Assembly (NCBI GenBank): GCA_002269645.1
Contig: NIVC01000860.1
Coordinates: 362,462 to 426,461, forward strand
Reading direction: 5' to 3'
Origin: Macrostomum lignano
Taxonomy: Eukaryota
DNA: 64,000 nt
In this document: positions 34,001-48,250 of the stretch, one piece after another
How the letters are laid out: each line of letters opens with the position of its first letter
How positions within the stretch are numbered: the stretch's first letter is position 1
Notes under the pieces: generated by a model
The model's database searches: none
What the model was told of the DNA's origin: nothing
The model's input: the letters and a program-made list of their open reading frames with translations, nothing else
Translations under genes and position numbers: made by a program

Positions 34001-37000
34001 TTGCTAATGACACTAGAACCGGTTGCTAATGACACTAGAACCAGTTGCTAATGACACTAGAGCCGGTTGCTAATGACACTAGAACCGGTTGCTAATGACA
34101 CTAGAGCCGGTTGCTAATGACACTAGAACCGGTTGCTAACGACACTTGAACCGGTTGCTTAGGACACTAGAACAGGTTGCTAATAACACTACAACCGGTT
34201 GCTAATGACACTAGAACAGGTTACTAATGACACTACAACCGGTCGCTAATGACACTTGAACCGGTTGCTAATGACACTAGAACAGGTTGCTAATGACACT
34301 ACAATCGGTTGCTAATGACACTAGAGCCGGTTGCTTAGGACACCAGAACCGGTTACTTAGGACACCAGAACTGGTTGCTTAGGACACTAGAACCGGTTGC
34401 TTAGGACACCAGAACTGGTTGCTAATGACACTAGAACCGGTTGCTTAGGACACTAGAACCGGTTGCTTAGGACACTAGAACCGGTTGCTAATGACACTAG
34501 AACCGGTCGCTAATGACACTAGAGCCGGTTGCAAATGACACTAGAACCGGTTGCTTAGGACACTAGAACCGTTTGCTAATGACACTAGAACCGGTTGCTT
34601 AGGACACCAGAACCGGTTGCTTAGGACACCAGAGCTGGTTGCTTAGGACACTAGAATCGTTTGCTAATGACACTAGAACCGGTTGCTTAGGACACCAGAA
34701 CCGGTTGCTTAGGACACCAGAACCGGTTGCTTAGGACACCAGAACTGGTTGCTTAGGACACTAGAACCGTTTGCTAATGACACTAGAACCGGTTGCTTAG
34801 GACACCAGAACCGGTTGCTTAGGACACCAGAACTGGTTGCTTAGGACACTAGAACCGGTTGCTTAGGACACCAGAACCGGTTGCTAATGACACTAGAACC
34901 GGTTGCTAATGACACCAGAACCAGTTGCTTAGGACACCAGAACTGGTTGCTAGTGAAACCAGAACCGGTTGCTTAGGACACCAGAACCGGTTGCTTAGGA
35001 CAGCAGAACCGGTTGCTAGTGACACCAGAACCGGTTGCTTAGGACACTAGAACCGGTTGCTTAGGACACTAGAACCGGTTGCTAATGACACTAGAACCAG
35101 TTGCTAATGACACTAGAACCGGTTGCTAATGACACTAGAACCGGTTGCTAATGACACTACAATCGGTTGCTAATGACACTAGAACCGGTTGCTAATGACA
35201 CTACAATCGGTTGCTAATGACACTAGAGCCGGTTACTAATGACACTACAACCGGTCGCTAATGAAACTTGAACCGGTTGCTAATGACACTTGAACCGGTT
35301 GCTAATGACACTAGAACCAGTTGCTAATGACACTTGAACCGGTTGCTTAGGACACTAGAACCGGTTGCTAATGACACTTGAACCGGTTGCTAATGACACT
35401 TGAACCGGTTGCTAATGACACTAGAACCGGTTGCTAATGACACTAGAACCAGTTGCTAATGACACTAGAACCGGTTGCTTAGGACACTTGAACCGGTTGC
35501 TAATGACACTTGAACCGGTTGCTAATGACACTAGAACCAGTTGCTAATGACACTACAATCGGTTGCTAATGACACTAGAACCAGTTGCTAATGACACTAG
35601 AACCAGTTGCTAATGACACTTGAACCGGTTGCTAATGACACTACAACCGGTCGCTAATGACACTTGAACCGGTTGCTAAAGACACTACAATCGGTTGCTA
35701 ATGACACTAGAACCAGTTGCTAATGACACTACAATCGGTTGCTAATGACACTAGAACCAGTTGCTAATGACACTAGAACCAGTTGCTAATGACACTTGAA
35801 CCGGTTGCTAAAGACACTACAATCGGTTGCTAATGACACTAGAACCAGTTGCTAATAACACTACAATCGGTTGCTAATGACACTTGAACCGGTCGCTAAT
35901 GACACTACAATCGGTTGCTTAGGACACTAGAACCGGTTGCTAAAGACACTACAATCGGTTGCTAATGACACTAGAACCAGTTGCTAATGACACTAGAACC
36001 AGTTGCTAATGACACTTGAACCGGTTGCTAAAGACACTACAATCGGTTGCTAATGACACTAGAACCAGTTGCTAAAGACACTACAATCGGTTGCTTAGGA
36101 CACTAGAACCGGTTGCTAATGACACTAGAACCGGTCGCTAATGACACTAGAGCCGGTTGCAAATGACACTAGAACCGGTTGCTAATGACACTAGAGCCGG
36201 TTGCCAGGGACTAGAGAACCTACAGAATTGCTTGCTTAGAACCTCCAAGCTAAATTACCAGTAGAGATTAGAAATTTTACCCGCAAAAGCCGCGAAGCCA
36301 GCTGATAGCAGCGGGGCTCCTGCATCTTCTTCGGTTGAATAATGAACTCGAGCACGTATTTGACGGTGTCAGAGCCTAACAGTTCCATCTCCTCGTCAAC
36401 AACTTTAACAGCGGCATCTAACAGATAGCGAACGCAATCGTCTGGCGTGTCCTCCCAGCTCCAGATGTCCACAGTGCGCACGATGGTGAACAGGAATCGG
36501 AAGAACTCAAAGCAGGCCCGCTTGCCATCCGGATTGGTGTGGCACACGGAGATGAAATCGGTTTGTATCAGGCTCTGACAGAAGTAGGACAGGTTCTGGT
36601 AGGCCACGTCCTCTTTCGATTGGATCTGCGGTGCGGCGATCAGGGGGAAAGGTGTCAGAAAGAGGATTAAGTTTGTCAGATTAGGACAGTAAGACAGTGG
36701 GGTGCCAGATAAGACAGTGGGATGTCAGGAAAGACAGCGGGATGTCAGATAAGACAGTGGGATGTCAGGAAAGACAGCGGGATGTCAGATAAGACAGTGG
36801 GATGTCAGATAAGACAGTGAGATGTCAGGAAAGACAGTGGGACGTCAGATAAGACAGTGGGATGTCAGGAAAGACAGTGGAGTGTCAGATAAGACAGTGG
36901 GATGTCAGGAAAGACAGCGGGATGTCAGATAAGACAGTGGGATGTCAGATAAGACAGTGAGATGTCAGGAAAGACAGTGGGACGTCAGATAAGACAGTGG

Positions 37001-38244
37001 GATGTCAGGAAAGACAGTGGGATGTCAGATAAGACAGTGGGATGTCAGGAAAGACAGTGGGATGTCAGATAAGACAGTGGGATTTTGGAAAAGACAGTGG
37101 GGCGTCAGATAAGACAGTGGGATGTCAGGAAAGACAGTGGGATGTCAGATAAGACAGTGGGATTTTGGAAAAGACAGTGGGACGTCAGATAAGACAGTGG
37201 GATGTCAGGAAAGACAGTGGAATGTCAGAAAAGACAGTGGGCGTCAGATAAGAAAGTGGGATGTCAGATAAGACAGTGGGATGTCAGGAAAGACAGTGGG
37301 ATGTCAGATAAGACAGTGGGATGTCAGGAAAGACAGTGGGATGTCAGGAAAGACAGTGGGATGTCAGATAAGACAGTGGGATTTTGGAAAAGACAGTGGG
37401 GTGTCAGATAAGACAGTGGGATGTCAGATAAGACAGTGGGATGTCAGGTATGACAGTGGGATGTCAGATAAGACAGTGGGATGTCAGATAAGAAAGTGGG
37501 ATGTCAGATAAGACAGTGGGATGTCAGGAAAGACAGTGGGATGTCAGATAAGACAGTGGGATGTCAGGAAAGACAGTGGGATGTCAGGAAAGACAGTGGG
37601 ATGTCAGATAAGACAGTGGGATTTTGGAAAAGACAGTGGGGTGTCAGATAAGAGTGGGATGTCAGATAAGACAGTGGGATGTCAGCTAAGACAGTGGGAT
37701 GTCAGGTATGACAGTGGGATGTCAGATAAGACAGTGGGATGTCAGATAAGACAGTGGGATGTCAGATAAGACAGTGGGATGTCAGATAAGACAGTGGGAT
37801 GTCAGATAAGACAGTGGGTGTCAGATAAGAAAGTGGGATGTCGGGAAAGACAGCAGAGCGTCAGAGTCTCCCCATCATCATATGCTTCACCTGCTGCATG
37901 CGGGAGGCGGTCTTGAAGAGAAAGACGACCACAGTAACAATGAGTTGGTCCTCGTCGCACAAGCTGACAAACGGGTTGCTGGGGCAGTAGATTTTGAACA
38001 GCTCAATTAAACAGCAGCCAACCAGCAAGCGGATATCTTTATCCGGGTGGTTTAGAAAATGGCTGGCAGCCAGGTGCAAGCTCAGGCCCTGGAAGTCGTT
38101 GTTATTATTGCCTTGTTTGTCCAAACTCACTAGCATAGTGAGGGCGCCCCAAAGCTCTTTGAGACGCTTTTTCAGTTCATCCGGTTTGAGACTCTCGTGA
38201 ATCTCTTTGCATCCGGGTGGATAGAGAATGGAGCAGCTAGACAT
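25036..38244 (-). CDS. PDS5: Sister chromatid cohesion protein PDS5 homolog, 10 coding exons: 38244-37891, 36625-36281, 33551-32838, 31542-31411, 30776-30450, 29669-29088, 28547-27992, 27432-27141, 26482-25933, 25767-25036 (about 1527 aa)
   Basis: All junctions are GT-AG and phase-consistent. PDS5-type HEAT-repeat motifs: YPPGCKEI..RLK, HPDKDIRLLVGCCL, LIYELHKI..VLPMLELKL, RFVDVSLEVRRIC, DRSRDKDQGVR, KTLLERVGPVLFD, EVRHAVLGKLHRGL..KLPLQFMAMF, LPDYTLPYAVHLLANDP, ENFGFLRRMLE. Basic Ser/Pro/Lys-rich C-terminal tail. Confidence 0.93.
26550..27095. repeat. 22-bp minisatellite AGGGGAGACAGGGGTGAGATAG (PDS5 intron 8)
   Basis: Tandem units. Confidence 0.93.
27455..27995. repeat. 36-bp minisatellite containing the duplicated 5' splice site (PDS5 intron 7)
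   Basis: Minus-strand unit ATGCTGG/GTGAGTCTTCTGCTTTTATTGTGGCTTCA repeats the exon 7 end and donor. Confidence 0.9.
28580..29010. repeat. GAGACTGGATGATGAGACTAG-type composite minisatellite (PDS5 intron 6)
   Basis: Tandem units. Confidence 0.88.
29725..30365. repeat. 33-bp minisatellite with GGGGATTCCCC palindrome (PDS5 intron 5)
   Basis: Tandem units CCCTTGGATAGGACCTTGAAAGACGGGGATTCC. Confidence 0.9.
30960..31300. repeat. Degenerate CATAGACACATTTGGGCACCC repeat (PDS5 intron 4)
   Basis: Imperfect tandem units. Confidence 0.75.
31970..32780. repeat. About 28-bp minisatellite CCTAATCACATCTCGCAAATCCCATCTT (PDS5 intron 3)
   Basis: Tandem units. Confidence 0.9.
33700..36205. repeat. 22-bp minisatellite ATGACACTAGAACCGGTTGCTA, about 2.5 kb (PDS5 intron 2)
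   Basis: More than 100 tandem units with variant blocks. Confidence 0.96.
36690..37850. repeat. 20-bp minisatellite GTCAGATAAGACAGTGGGAT (PDS5 intron 1)
   Basis: Tandem units. Confidence 0.95.
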
Positions 38245-39480
38245 GGCTGTATTGGATGAGTTGATTAGGACTGCCAGATAGATACAGCAGTCATAAAAAT
38301 ACAATTATTAAAAAAACACATATAGATATCAATATTGCTTTGTACTTTATATTGATTTTTTAATTGATAAAAAATGAATAATATGCTTGTACATTATATC
38401 TTTAGGAGCCTAAATTGCAGTGCTATCTGCATTCAAGTTCATCAGTAAAGCATTAAAAATAAAATAAAATATCAAACATCCCATACTTTCATAGCACAGT
38501 CTTTTGACCCTCAGAAGTTGCATAACGGTGGTAAGGTAGCATTTACCACTATCAAAGGCTAGATTGAAAAGGAAGGCTTCTCAAAAACCAACTGATGAGC
38601 AGGCTATCACTCTCACAGAAGATCTCATTAAGAATTGGAGATTTTATTACTCTAGAGATTAGTTACTTTTACTTAGACAATACAAGAAAAATATTTGAGG
38701 GGACAGAAGGGAGAGATAAGAAAAGGGGAAGAAAAGAGAGGGGAAAGAGGAGAAAAGGAGGCAGACTCAGAGAAGAAAAGAGGAGAGGGGAAAAGGGAGA
38801 GAAGAGAGATAAAAGTCAAAAAAGGCAATCAAGTTGATATGCATTGAGCACCAGATGCATTCTACAAAATACTACTACATTCCTGCACCTATAATAGCCA
38901 GAAGGTTTCAATGCCTGATGCTGATGGCACACTAAAACCATTACAAGAAAGTTATAGGAAGTTACATAAATTTTACTAGCTTATGGATATGGATATAGAT
39001 ATAGGAAAAATGTTTATGGCAAAACTCTAGCGAATCTTCAATATAAAAAAGTGTATAGCCTATGCCTAAAAATTAGACAGTTAGGATCACTAAGTCTATT
39101 ATTACTCAGTAACATATATTTTGATGTCCTAAATTATGCCTAGCTAGTGTTAATTCTGTGACACTTATAATATGTTAGCTTCAATGTTGCTGCTAGTCCA
39201 TAGTGGAAAGTGGCACAGGTGCACTGGAATTAATTTTAGGAGGGGCAATTTGTACACTTGCCACCTATGTGCTAGCTGTATACCATGTGTATAAGTTCTA
39301 TGTCTTAACCCTAAATACTAACCTTATACAAAAAGCACCATACTATTATCCCTCAAAGATATTTGTGTAAAAAACAAAAATAATATTCAATTTTGCAGTA
39401 ATACTTCTAAAATTGTAAAAAAAACTATAATTAGTCTTTAAACATACTAGTGTAACAAACCATATCAGATGCTATAACCC

Positions 39481-39750
39481 CAAGGTTTTTTGTAGATGCA
39501 GTGGATTCAGTTTAAATACTGTTTTATAACTAATTTTTGTTTTAAGCCTTATTTGCACTGCTTTAAAATAAGATCTGGAAAATGAGACTAGAGGGCAAGG
39601 CATTACCTTTGACACAAGAAAATATGTGTAAATATATCTATATTCCCAGTTTTCTAAAGTAAGAGAAATTGCACTTTGAGCCTTAAAGTCTTACCCTCAA
39701 ATAGGGTACAATTTGTGATTTTGCACCTTGTCTCTTGTGAAAAAACCCAA
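39481..39750. mobile_element. Degenerate short hAT-like MITE, same family as 2564-5425
   Basis: Ends CAAGGTTTTTTG / AAAAACCCAA; shared internal motifs (GCACTGCTTTAAAATA, TATTCCCAGT, AAGAGAAATTGCAC..GAGCCTTAAA); 7/8-matching TSD TATAACCC / AATAACCC. Confidence 0.65.
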
Positions 39751-42395
39751 AATAACCCCATATCTCACATAGACCATACCAAACTATGCCAAACTTGAAC
39801 TCAGTCATTTTTTATATGCTACCTGTGTACACCAAAGTTGGATCTTAAAATTGACATGTAGTAAAAATGGCGAATCTGTAGTGGAATTAGAATGAATTTC
39901 AGATTTTATTAACTTGAAATAGAATGCAAAATATAGGAATAAAAAATTGTAGTTTTTGGAATTAATACTAATATATGTATCAATTTTAAATAAATCTTTA
40001 GAAAATACATGTAGCTATACCAATGTAACTATATAAAAAAAATATAAAAAGAAATTTATAATATGCATCTATATTGAAGCAAACTATACTAGAAATAGTA
40101 GCATTTATTAGGTCTACTTAAAATAGTAAATATAGGTTCTCTCATGAATAATATGGCTGATAGGTATTAAAAATATTAATCATAATTTTCTCTCTAGCAG
40201 TTTTGACAAGTTTTTGAAAGATTTATTATTGTAAGATTTTATACATAGTTCATGGGACTTTTTCATGGTACTTAAAGTTAGTGGAATTCATAGTTTATTC
40301 TGCAATTTACCATTCTATTGATTGCAGATTTTGCATTTTACTTTATTATTCTATTCCAATTATATTATGGATTCTACATTTTACTAGGTACCTTAAAAAT
40401 TCTCTGTTAAATATATATCAAGATTATCAATAAAGACCAAAAATATACTACAAATTTAAAAAAAGGCCACACCTTCTTGACAGGTGCTGATCACTTCAAC
40501 AACTGGCATTTTGTCAAATGGTTGACAAAGTGACTATTTGGCAAAGGTAGCAATATTTGATATTGATGAAATGATCAAGTTTAGAGGTTTTACTGATTGG
40601 TCAATTGACAAAATGCCCTAGGGAGCCCCCTGGTCAATTGAAACAAACAAATTTTGAATTACAGTTACTCAATGCCAAATGTATATAGATCATTAGGCAT
40701 TTGCTCCAAAGTCTTTATTTATAATTAAAATGTTAATCTTTTATTAATTAGTTATTTAATAGTTTATCTTTGTTAATTGTTCTTTTTGTAATAGCCTTTC
40801 CATTGTTATAATTCAATGAGTTTTGTATTAACAAAATTTAAATATATGTATATACATATATTTAGAAACAGTATCTCAATGCAGTATGATACAATTTGAA
40901 ATTAATTAACCTGTTTTACCTACTCAATTTATCTAAGAGTTTAATAAAACAATTCTTGGCATAGATATAGCCATAAACATATATGCACAATATTGTTTTA
41001 CATAATATATATACAATGCACAGTTCAGGAAGTGACCATCATTTTAAAGTGCAAAATTGGCAATTGACAAAGTGACTACATTTAGAGGTCCACTAATTAG
41101 CTAGTTAATAAAGTGAACTAAGAGAAATGGCTCTTCAACTGACAAAATGAAAGTTGATAATTAGACTAGGATCCTGCTTGACTATGGCCCTAGTTAAAAA
41201 CACTTAAAAATATGCTAAATTGTTTACTATATAAAGAAAAAACACTAGTTATTAGCAAAAATATTTTGTGATGCTAATATGCATTTAGCTAGGCCAAAGA
41301 CTAATTTTTTAGGTAGGCATTTGTTATTTGCATGGTACCACATAAATATTGCTAATTTTATTTATATGGTAACTGAAAAAAATACCTTAAAAATAATTAT
41401 CCTATAAAGCAGGGACCTATAGTTCAGAAGGTGACGTATACACCTAGATTTCCCAGGATATAACAAGTGTCCTACTATTTTTCAATATATAGTAGGGTAT
41501 ATCCTAGCATATATAACATAGTAGATACATTGTGTCAAATGACAATTTTTTATATTAGTGCATAAACCTAGTATACAGACAAGGCATTAAACCCAGCATA
41601 CACTAATACATAATCCAGACTATGGGCAAGGACTACTCACTATTTGTCCCAATATCTTGTATTTTGATAATGAGTTTTAATTAAAGTCAATAAATGGAGT
41701 TTAAGCATGATTTATATATTTATAACTTAGCATTTTTTATTAGCTTATAGCTCTTGTATTATTAATAATGTAAAGTACAAAAGGGTGTTTCAAAAGAAAA
41801 GAATGATAGGCTTAATGTAACTTATTTGCTTTCAAAAAGATAGATTTGTAGTAAAATATAATTTGACCATAATTATAAATACTACATAGTATATAAAACT
41901 AGTCTATATAATAGTCTTTATTTTAGTTACTATGTAAATACGAGCGTAACAATAGTACTATTTATATATACTATGCAAATAACAAATATAACAAATATAA
42001 CAAATATTTTTTGGGCTTTATTGCAAAAGTTTTGGCTAGCTAACAAATACATATTATTATTAATATAAAAATATTTAATAAAACAAACTCAAGGTCAAGC
42101 CTAGGCCTATATAAAAATATTTGTAAAGAAACCTAATCATAGCTCGTATATAGTGCCTAATATTAATAGGCAAAATTTATTGTAATATTGAATTTTTCAA
42201 GATAGTCTTAACTTTATATTGCTTGACCAATTTTTAAAAACAGGGACAGGGGTCTTCAGTCTTCTTGCTTAGACAAATATGATTTACTATTGTCTATATA
42301 AAATATAAAAAATACTAAAAAATAACTTTCAAAATCTTACAAGTCTTTAACTTTTACCTTAATTATAGGGGCTTAATGACAAATGTTAAAAGTCA

Positions 42396-42845
42396 GCATA
42401 ATCCTAATTTCCAAATTAAATTATTTTGAGTTAAAAATTGACTTGATAAATTAAAACAAGTTAGTCTATAATCCATAGCATTCAATAGTCCACTGAGCTC
42501 ACTAAATAGCATAATAATGAGCAACCTAAAACTAGTTGGAAACTAAGAACTTTGCATATAAATGCCAATGAAAGGACTTGGGCAAAGTTCAAGTATGTCA
42601 AGGCAAAGTTCAAGAACCAGCAATGACCTATTCAATTTGCACCTGAATGAGTATCTCTGGCGCCAACATTTACCTGGAGAAGTCCTTTGACCTTTAGCAA
42701 CTTCTTGTTCTGGGTTGCCCATTATTATGCCATTTAGTGAGCTTAGTGGACCATTGACTGCTATGGACTAACTTGTTTTAACTAGTTATAGAGTCAATTT
42801 TTAACTTAAAATCATTTAATGTAAGAAACTAAACTAGGATTATGC
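42396..42845. mobile_element. MITE with about 150-bp TIRs
   Basis: GCATAATCC...GGATTATGC termini; 42396-42535 is the reverse complement of about 42705-42845; imperfect flanking duplication of about 9 bp (TAAAAGTCA / TTAAAGTCA). Confidence 0.65.
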
Positions 42846-43705
42846 CTTAAAGTCATGTTTTAATTGCAGTTTTAATTTAAAACAAACTAGGCCTTAGTCT
42901 AAAGTCTTTACATTTTACTATTTAGCCAGTACCCTGCTAACTAAAGTTTGCATCCTTATTTTAGACAAATTTGTCAAATGGATAGTTTTTAACAGATTTT
43001 TTGAGAGTCAAATGTGAAATGTTTAACACTATTTTATTTGCTTGACAAAATGACATATTCGAAAAATATTTAATAAGTGCCTAGACAACATCAACTTCTC
43101 TTCTGTATGCCTAGACATACCCAACAAACATCACTAGCCATTGCCAGCAAAAGATCCACAATTGAATTTAGCTAAAAATTTTATGTGAAGAAACCAGCCA
43201 AAAATCATTATGTACCAAACCACACGAGCTTGAGTATATTTCTCAATACCCGTAATAGTTAAGTGCATGGTCAAGGATAATGTATTTACTCTGGCCTGAC
43301 TAAAGTAGTAAAGGACCTAAAGGTTGGGATTCATTATCATTACTGAATGAATGCATAGTAATTTTTTTAAATTAATCGATTTTTGCATTTTAAAATGTAT
43401 TTCGAATAAAAACGTGATAAAACACATTTATGTACGGTGTCGAGCAGAGAACTTTAACTTCTCTGTGTAATAACCATAAAAACCATAAAATATATTTTTT
43501 AATTGTGCTTTTTTTCAACATTCAATTGCTGGTGCTTTCTATTTTTGGTTAATTATAACTGCTGTACATAGTTATGTACATTATTTGTACAGCAGCATAA
43601 GTACAGGATTATTACAGCTCAAGTTTAATTACTAGAAATTGAGTGAGCCATGAGCGATCGAGTGAGCAATGAATTTATCATAATGTATTAATATTAAACA
43701 TCATT

Positions 43706-44147
43706 CAGGGGCGTCGCCATGGATTTTATGATGGGGGGGGGCGGGGAACAAAGCATTGTTAGAATTTAAACATTTACCTCTACATGATTAAATTCCTACA
43801 TTTCCGTTATTTTGAGAATAGTGTTGTCAGCGCTCAACCTTGGCGCCGCAGGTACTATACTGGCGCCGCAGGCACTCATTTTAGCCCCAAAGGCATATTA
43901 TTCCTTTTGGCGCCGAAGGCATTCCTTTTGGTGCCGCAGGCATTCCTATTGGCACCGCAGGCACTCCTTTTAGCGCCGCAGGCACTCATTTTGGCGCCGA
44001 AGGCGCTATATTTTGGCGTCCTAAAGAATAATTATTGATTTACCACAACTTAACGGGTCACAAGTGGGGTGGGGGGACAATTGCATTGGCATGTCCCCCA
44101 AAGCTTTTACTAAGTCCCCCCTGCCCCCCCTGGTGGTGACGCGCCTG
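43706..44147. mobile_element. hAT-like MITE with internal about 21-bp GGCGCCGCAGGCA repeats
   Basis: TIRs CAGGGGCGTCGCCA / reverse complement CAGGCGCGTCACCA; 6/8-matching flanks ACATCATT / AAATCTTT. Confidence 0.55.
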
Positions 44148-45199
44148 AAATCTTTACAATTTGCATACATGTACATGTATATGCGCTTCGAGATTTAATC
44201 AAGAAATGTACGTCGATCTCGTCCCCCTTGTTGAAAGTTCTATGAATAACAGCCTCGATCAGATCGAGGCCGGGCTGCTGATCATACATGCCATATGATC
44301 ATGAGTCTGTCATATACATGTACATGTAGGTCATGCCCTTGCAGTCATTGCTGCATGTGGCAGGGTCAGCAGTTCAGCTTAGTGCGAGCCTATACTGAAA
44401 AATGTCAGAACGCAGTATACATGTAGCATGTAAATGAAGAAGAGAAATGTCCCTATCATTAAATCTGAACAAAAGAATGCTCAAAACGCCATCATTAGCC
44501 GATATAAATTTTTCTCTTTGAACAGAGAGAAGAATGATCAAAATGATGCACGGAGGCCGGCCTAAATGCGCGGTATTATTCAAGTCCACTGGCCGTGTGA
44601 CCGTGACTGCAGATCAATTAGGGGATACACACACGCATAATCCCTTTCTATATTGCACTAATTTCATGGCATTCTCTAGTATCTAAAAACAGCCTATAAG
44701 AGCTCTGAACGAATTATTTTTCTTTTCAAGTTCCGGCCCGCCGGTCTGCCTGCATGTCCTGCAATTCCGTCCCTAATCAGTTCCTCATCTTCCCCTTTAA
44801 TTCCTTCGATCCTTGCGTATTATTTTGCAGGTTCGAGTTTGTTAGGCATTGAGTTAGGGATGGAGGGGTGAGGGATTTGCATTCTAGTGCTTAAGTGAAA
44901 ACTTTGTTCGTATGCACACCGCTTAATTTGAGTTCACTCATGTTAGAATCCAACTTTGTCGTTTGCATTGATTGCGACTGACTGATCGAGAGTTTTGTCC
45001 TATTTTTGGAGAAGATTTAATGAGGCGCAGTGATGCCAAAGTATCCATTCTATACACTGGGATGAGCAAGAATCTGTGCGTTAGCTGGCTCCATCAGTTC
45101 AATTCTCTGCTCATTGCTTCTGCGTTTAAGCAGAAGAGAAAGCAAACAGTTTTTTGAGCGTTTTTTGTAACGATCAGTTTCTTGTAAATTCTCAGTAAT

Positions 45200-46225
45200 T
45201 GATTCTCAATCAGCGATTCTCAATCGCGATTCTCAATCAGCGATTCTCAATCAGCGATTCTCAATCGCGATTCTCAATCAGCGATTCTCAATCAGCGATT
45301 CTCAATCAGCGATTCTCAATCAGCGATTCTCAATCAACGGTTCTCAATCAGCGATTCTCAATCAGCGATTCTCAATCAGCGATTCTCAATCAGCGATTCT
45401 CAATCAGCGATTCTCAATCAGCGATTCTCAATCAGCGATTCTCAATCAGCGATTCTCAATCAGCGATTCTCAATCAGCGATTCTCAATCAGCGATTCTCA
45501 ATCAGCAATTCTCAATCAGCGATTCTCAACCAGCGATTCTCAATCAGCGATTCTCAATCAGCGATTCTCAATCAGCGATTCTCAATCAGCGATTCTCAAT
45601 CGCGATTCTCAATCAGCGATTCTCAATCAGCAATTCTCAATCAGCGATTCTCAATCAGCGATTCTCAATCAGCGATTCTCAATCAGCGATTCTCAATCAG
45701 CAATTCTCAATCAGCGATTCTCAATCAGCGATTCTCAATCAGCGATTCTCAATCAGCGATTCTCAATCAGCGATTCTCAATCAGCGATTCTCAATCAGCA
45801 ATTGTCAGTAAGCGATTCTCAAACAGCGATTGTCAGTAAGCGACTCTCAATCAGCGATTCTCAATCAGCGATTCTCAATCAGCGATTCTCAATCAGCGAT
45901 TCTCAATCAGCGATTCTCAATCAGCGATTCTCAATCAGCGATTCTCAATCAGCGATTCTCAATCAGCGATTCTCAATCAGCGATTGTCAGTAAGCGATTC
46001 TCAAACAGCGATTGTCAGTAAGCGATTCTCAAACAGCGATTGTCAGTAAGCGATTCTCAATCAACGATTCTCAATCAGCGATTCTCAATCAGCAATTCTC
46101 AATCAGCGATTCTCAATCAGCGATTCTCAATCAGCGATTCTCAATGAGCGATTTTCAATCAGCGATTCTCAATCAGCGATTCTCAATCAGCGATTCTCAA
46201 TCAGCGATTCTCAATCAGCGATTCA
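45200..46225. repeat. 14-bp minisatellite ATTCTCAATCAGCG
   Basis: About 70 tandem units. Confidence 0.96.
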
Positions 46226-46649
46226 CAAGCTCCGACTATGAATCAGTTCGTTGTGGCCTCGCTTCCACGCATTTCATCGGGGCCAGTTTCATCAAAACTT
46301 TCATCACAAAATATTTCATCGACAAACAGGCAGAATTATCTAAGATTTCGAGATGAGCCTTCGATATGCCCTGACAGGGCTTGCGTTCCCGGGGCTGAAT
46401 TTTCGTTCAGCATTAATTAGAGAATGTCTTCCGAACTGAGCATGTCGTCTGTTTCAATTAAGACAAATCTATGGAGATTTTCGGGGGTATTGGACGTGAG
46501 CAGTAATCCGCCTGAGCTGAGGCAGGACGCTAATCGCTGATGAGGCTCTGGCGGTGATGTTGAAAGCGAAATGAAAATCATTTTTCGCTACTCGGGTGGA
46601 GGGATTCCGGAGCTGCTTCATTTGAGATGAGGCTGATTGGGCTGCTGCT

Positions 46650-47411
46650 CGGGGAAGGGGAATGAAAGGGAGTGGAAAAAATGGCTTTTGCAAGGCCTTT
46701 ATGAGCAGCTTTGCGGATTCAGCGGGGAGGCATCCGATGCCTCCATTCCGCTAACCCCTGGCAACCACGGGCAGCTGGTGCTGCGGTGTGGCGCATGGAG
46801 ATCCGGTGGTGCCGGTGTCCACAGCGCGGTCCCACTTCCGGAGAGTCCAGGGGTGGATGGTCGCTCGCCTGGTAGCCCTTAGGTAGCGGACGAGCTGGCA
46901 GAGGTTCTCGGGCCTGAAAACGTCGGAGAGGTCCGGGTTTGGGCCGAGGTAGGTGAGCCTGTCCTGAGTTAAGGCGGGGCACTCACAGATGAAGTGCTCC
47001 GCATTATCGACACCGGAGAGGCAGAATGGGCATTCCTCACTGCGGATTTTTCCCTGGAGGTAACGATGCCTGGAATAACAACTGGAACCTTAAAGAGTCA
47101 TGGACCCATGGTTACCGCTGACGTCCCTGCGGTTGAGTCCAAGCAGGGCCCTGCGGAGGGTGGGGGAAGGACAGGGGGCAGTGGCGCGCGGGATTGCCGG
47201 CAGTCGGGGGCGTTGGCCCACCTCTCCCTGTGCTTAGAAGCCACCCACTGGCTGGGGGTGGGGGCCACGGCCAGGGGACCAGTAAAAGAACCGGTCGAGC
47301 CAGCCTTGGCCAGGCGATCGGCCAACTCGTTGCCGGGGTGGCCCGAGTGCCCGGGGATCCACCTTAGTGACACCTTGTTAGAGGCGCCTAAGCAGTTAAG
47401 CTTAGGTTGGT

Positions 47412-47412
<1 letters not shown>
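46650..47412 (-). mobile_element. 5'-truncated non-LTR retrotransposon 3' fragment (RNase H C-terminus plus CCHC zinc knuckle), frameshifted
   Basis: [32 protein letters not shown] is the conserved RNase H C-terminal motif. Downstream, in another frame, is ECPFCLSGVDNAEHFICECPAL, the C-terminal Cys/His motif of RNase H-bearing LINEs (I/R1/Loa-like groups). 3' end approximate. Confidence 0.85.
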
Positions 47413-48250
<838 letters not shown>

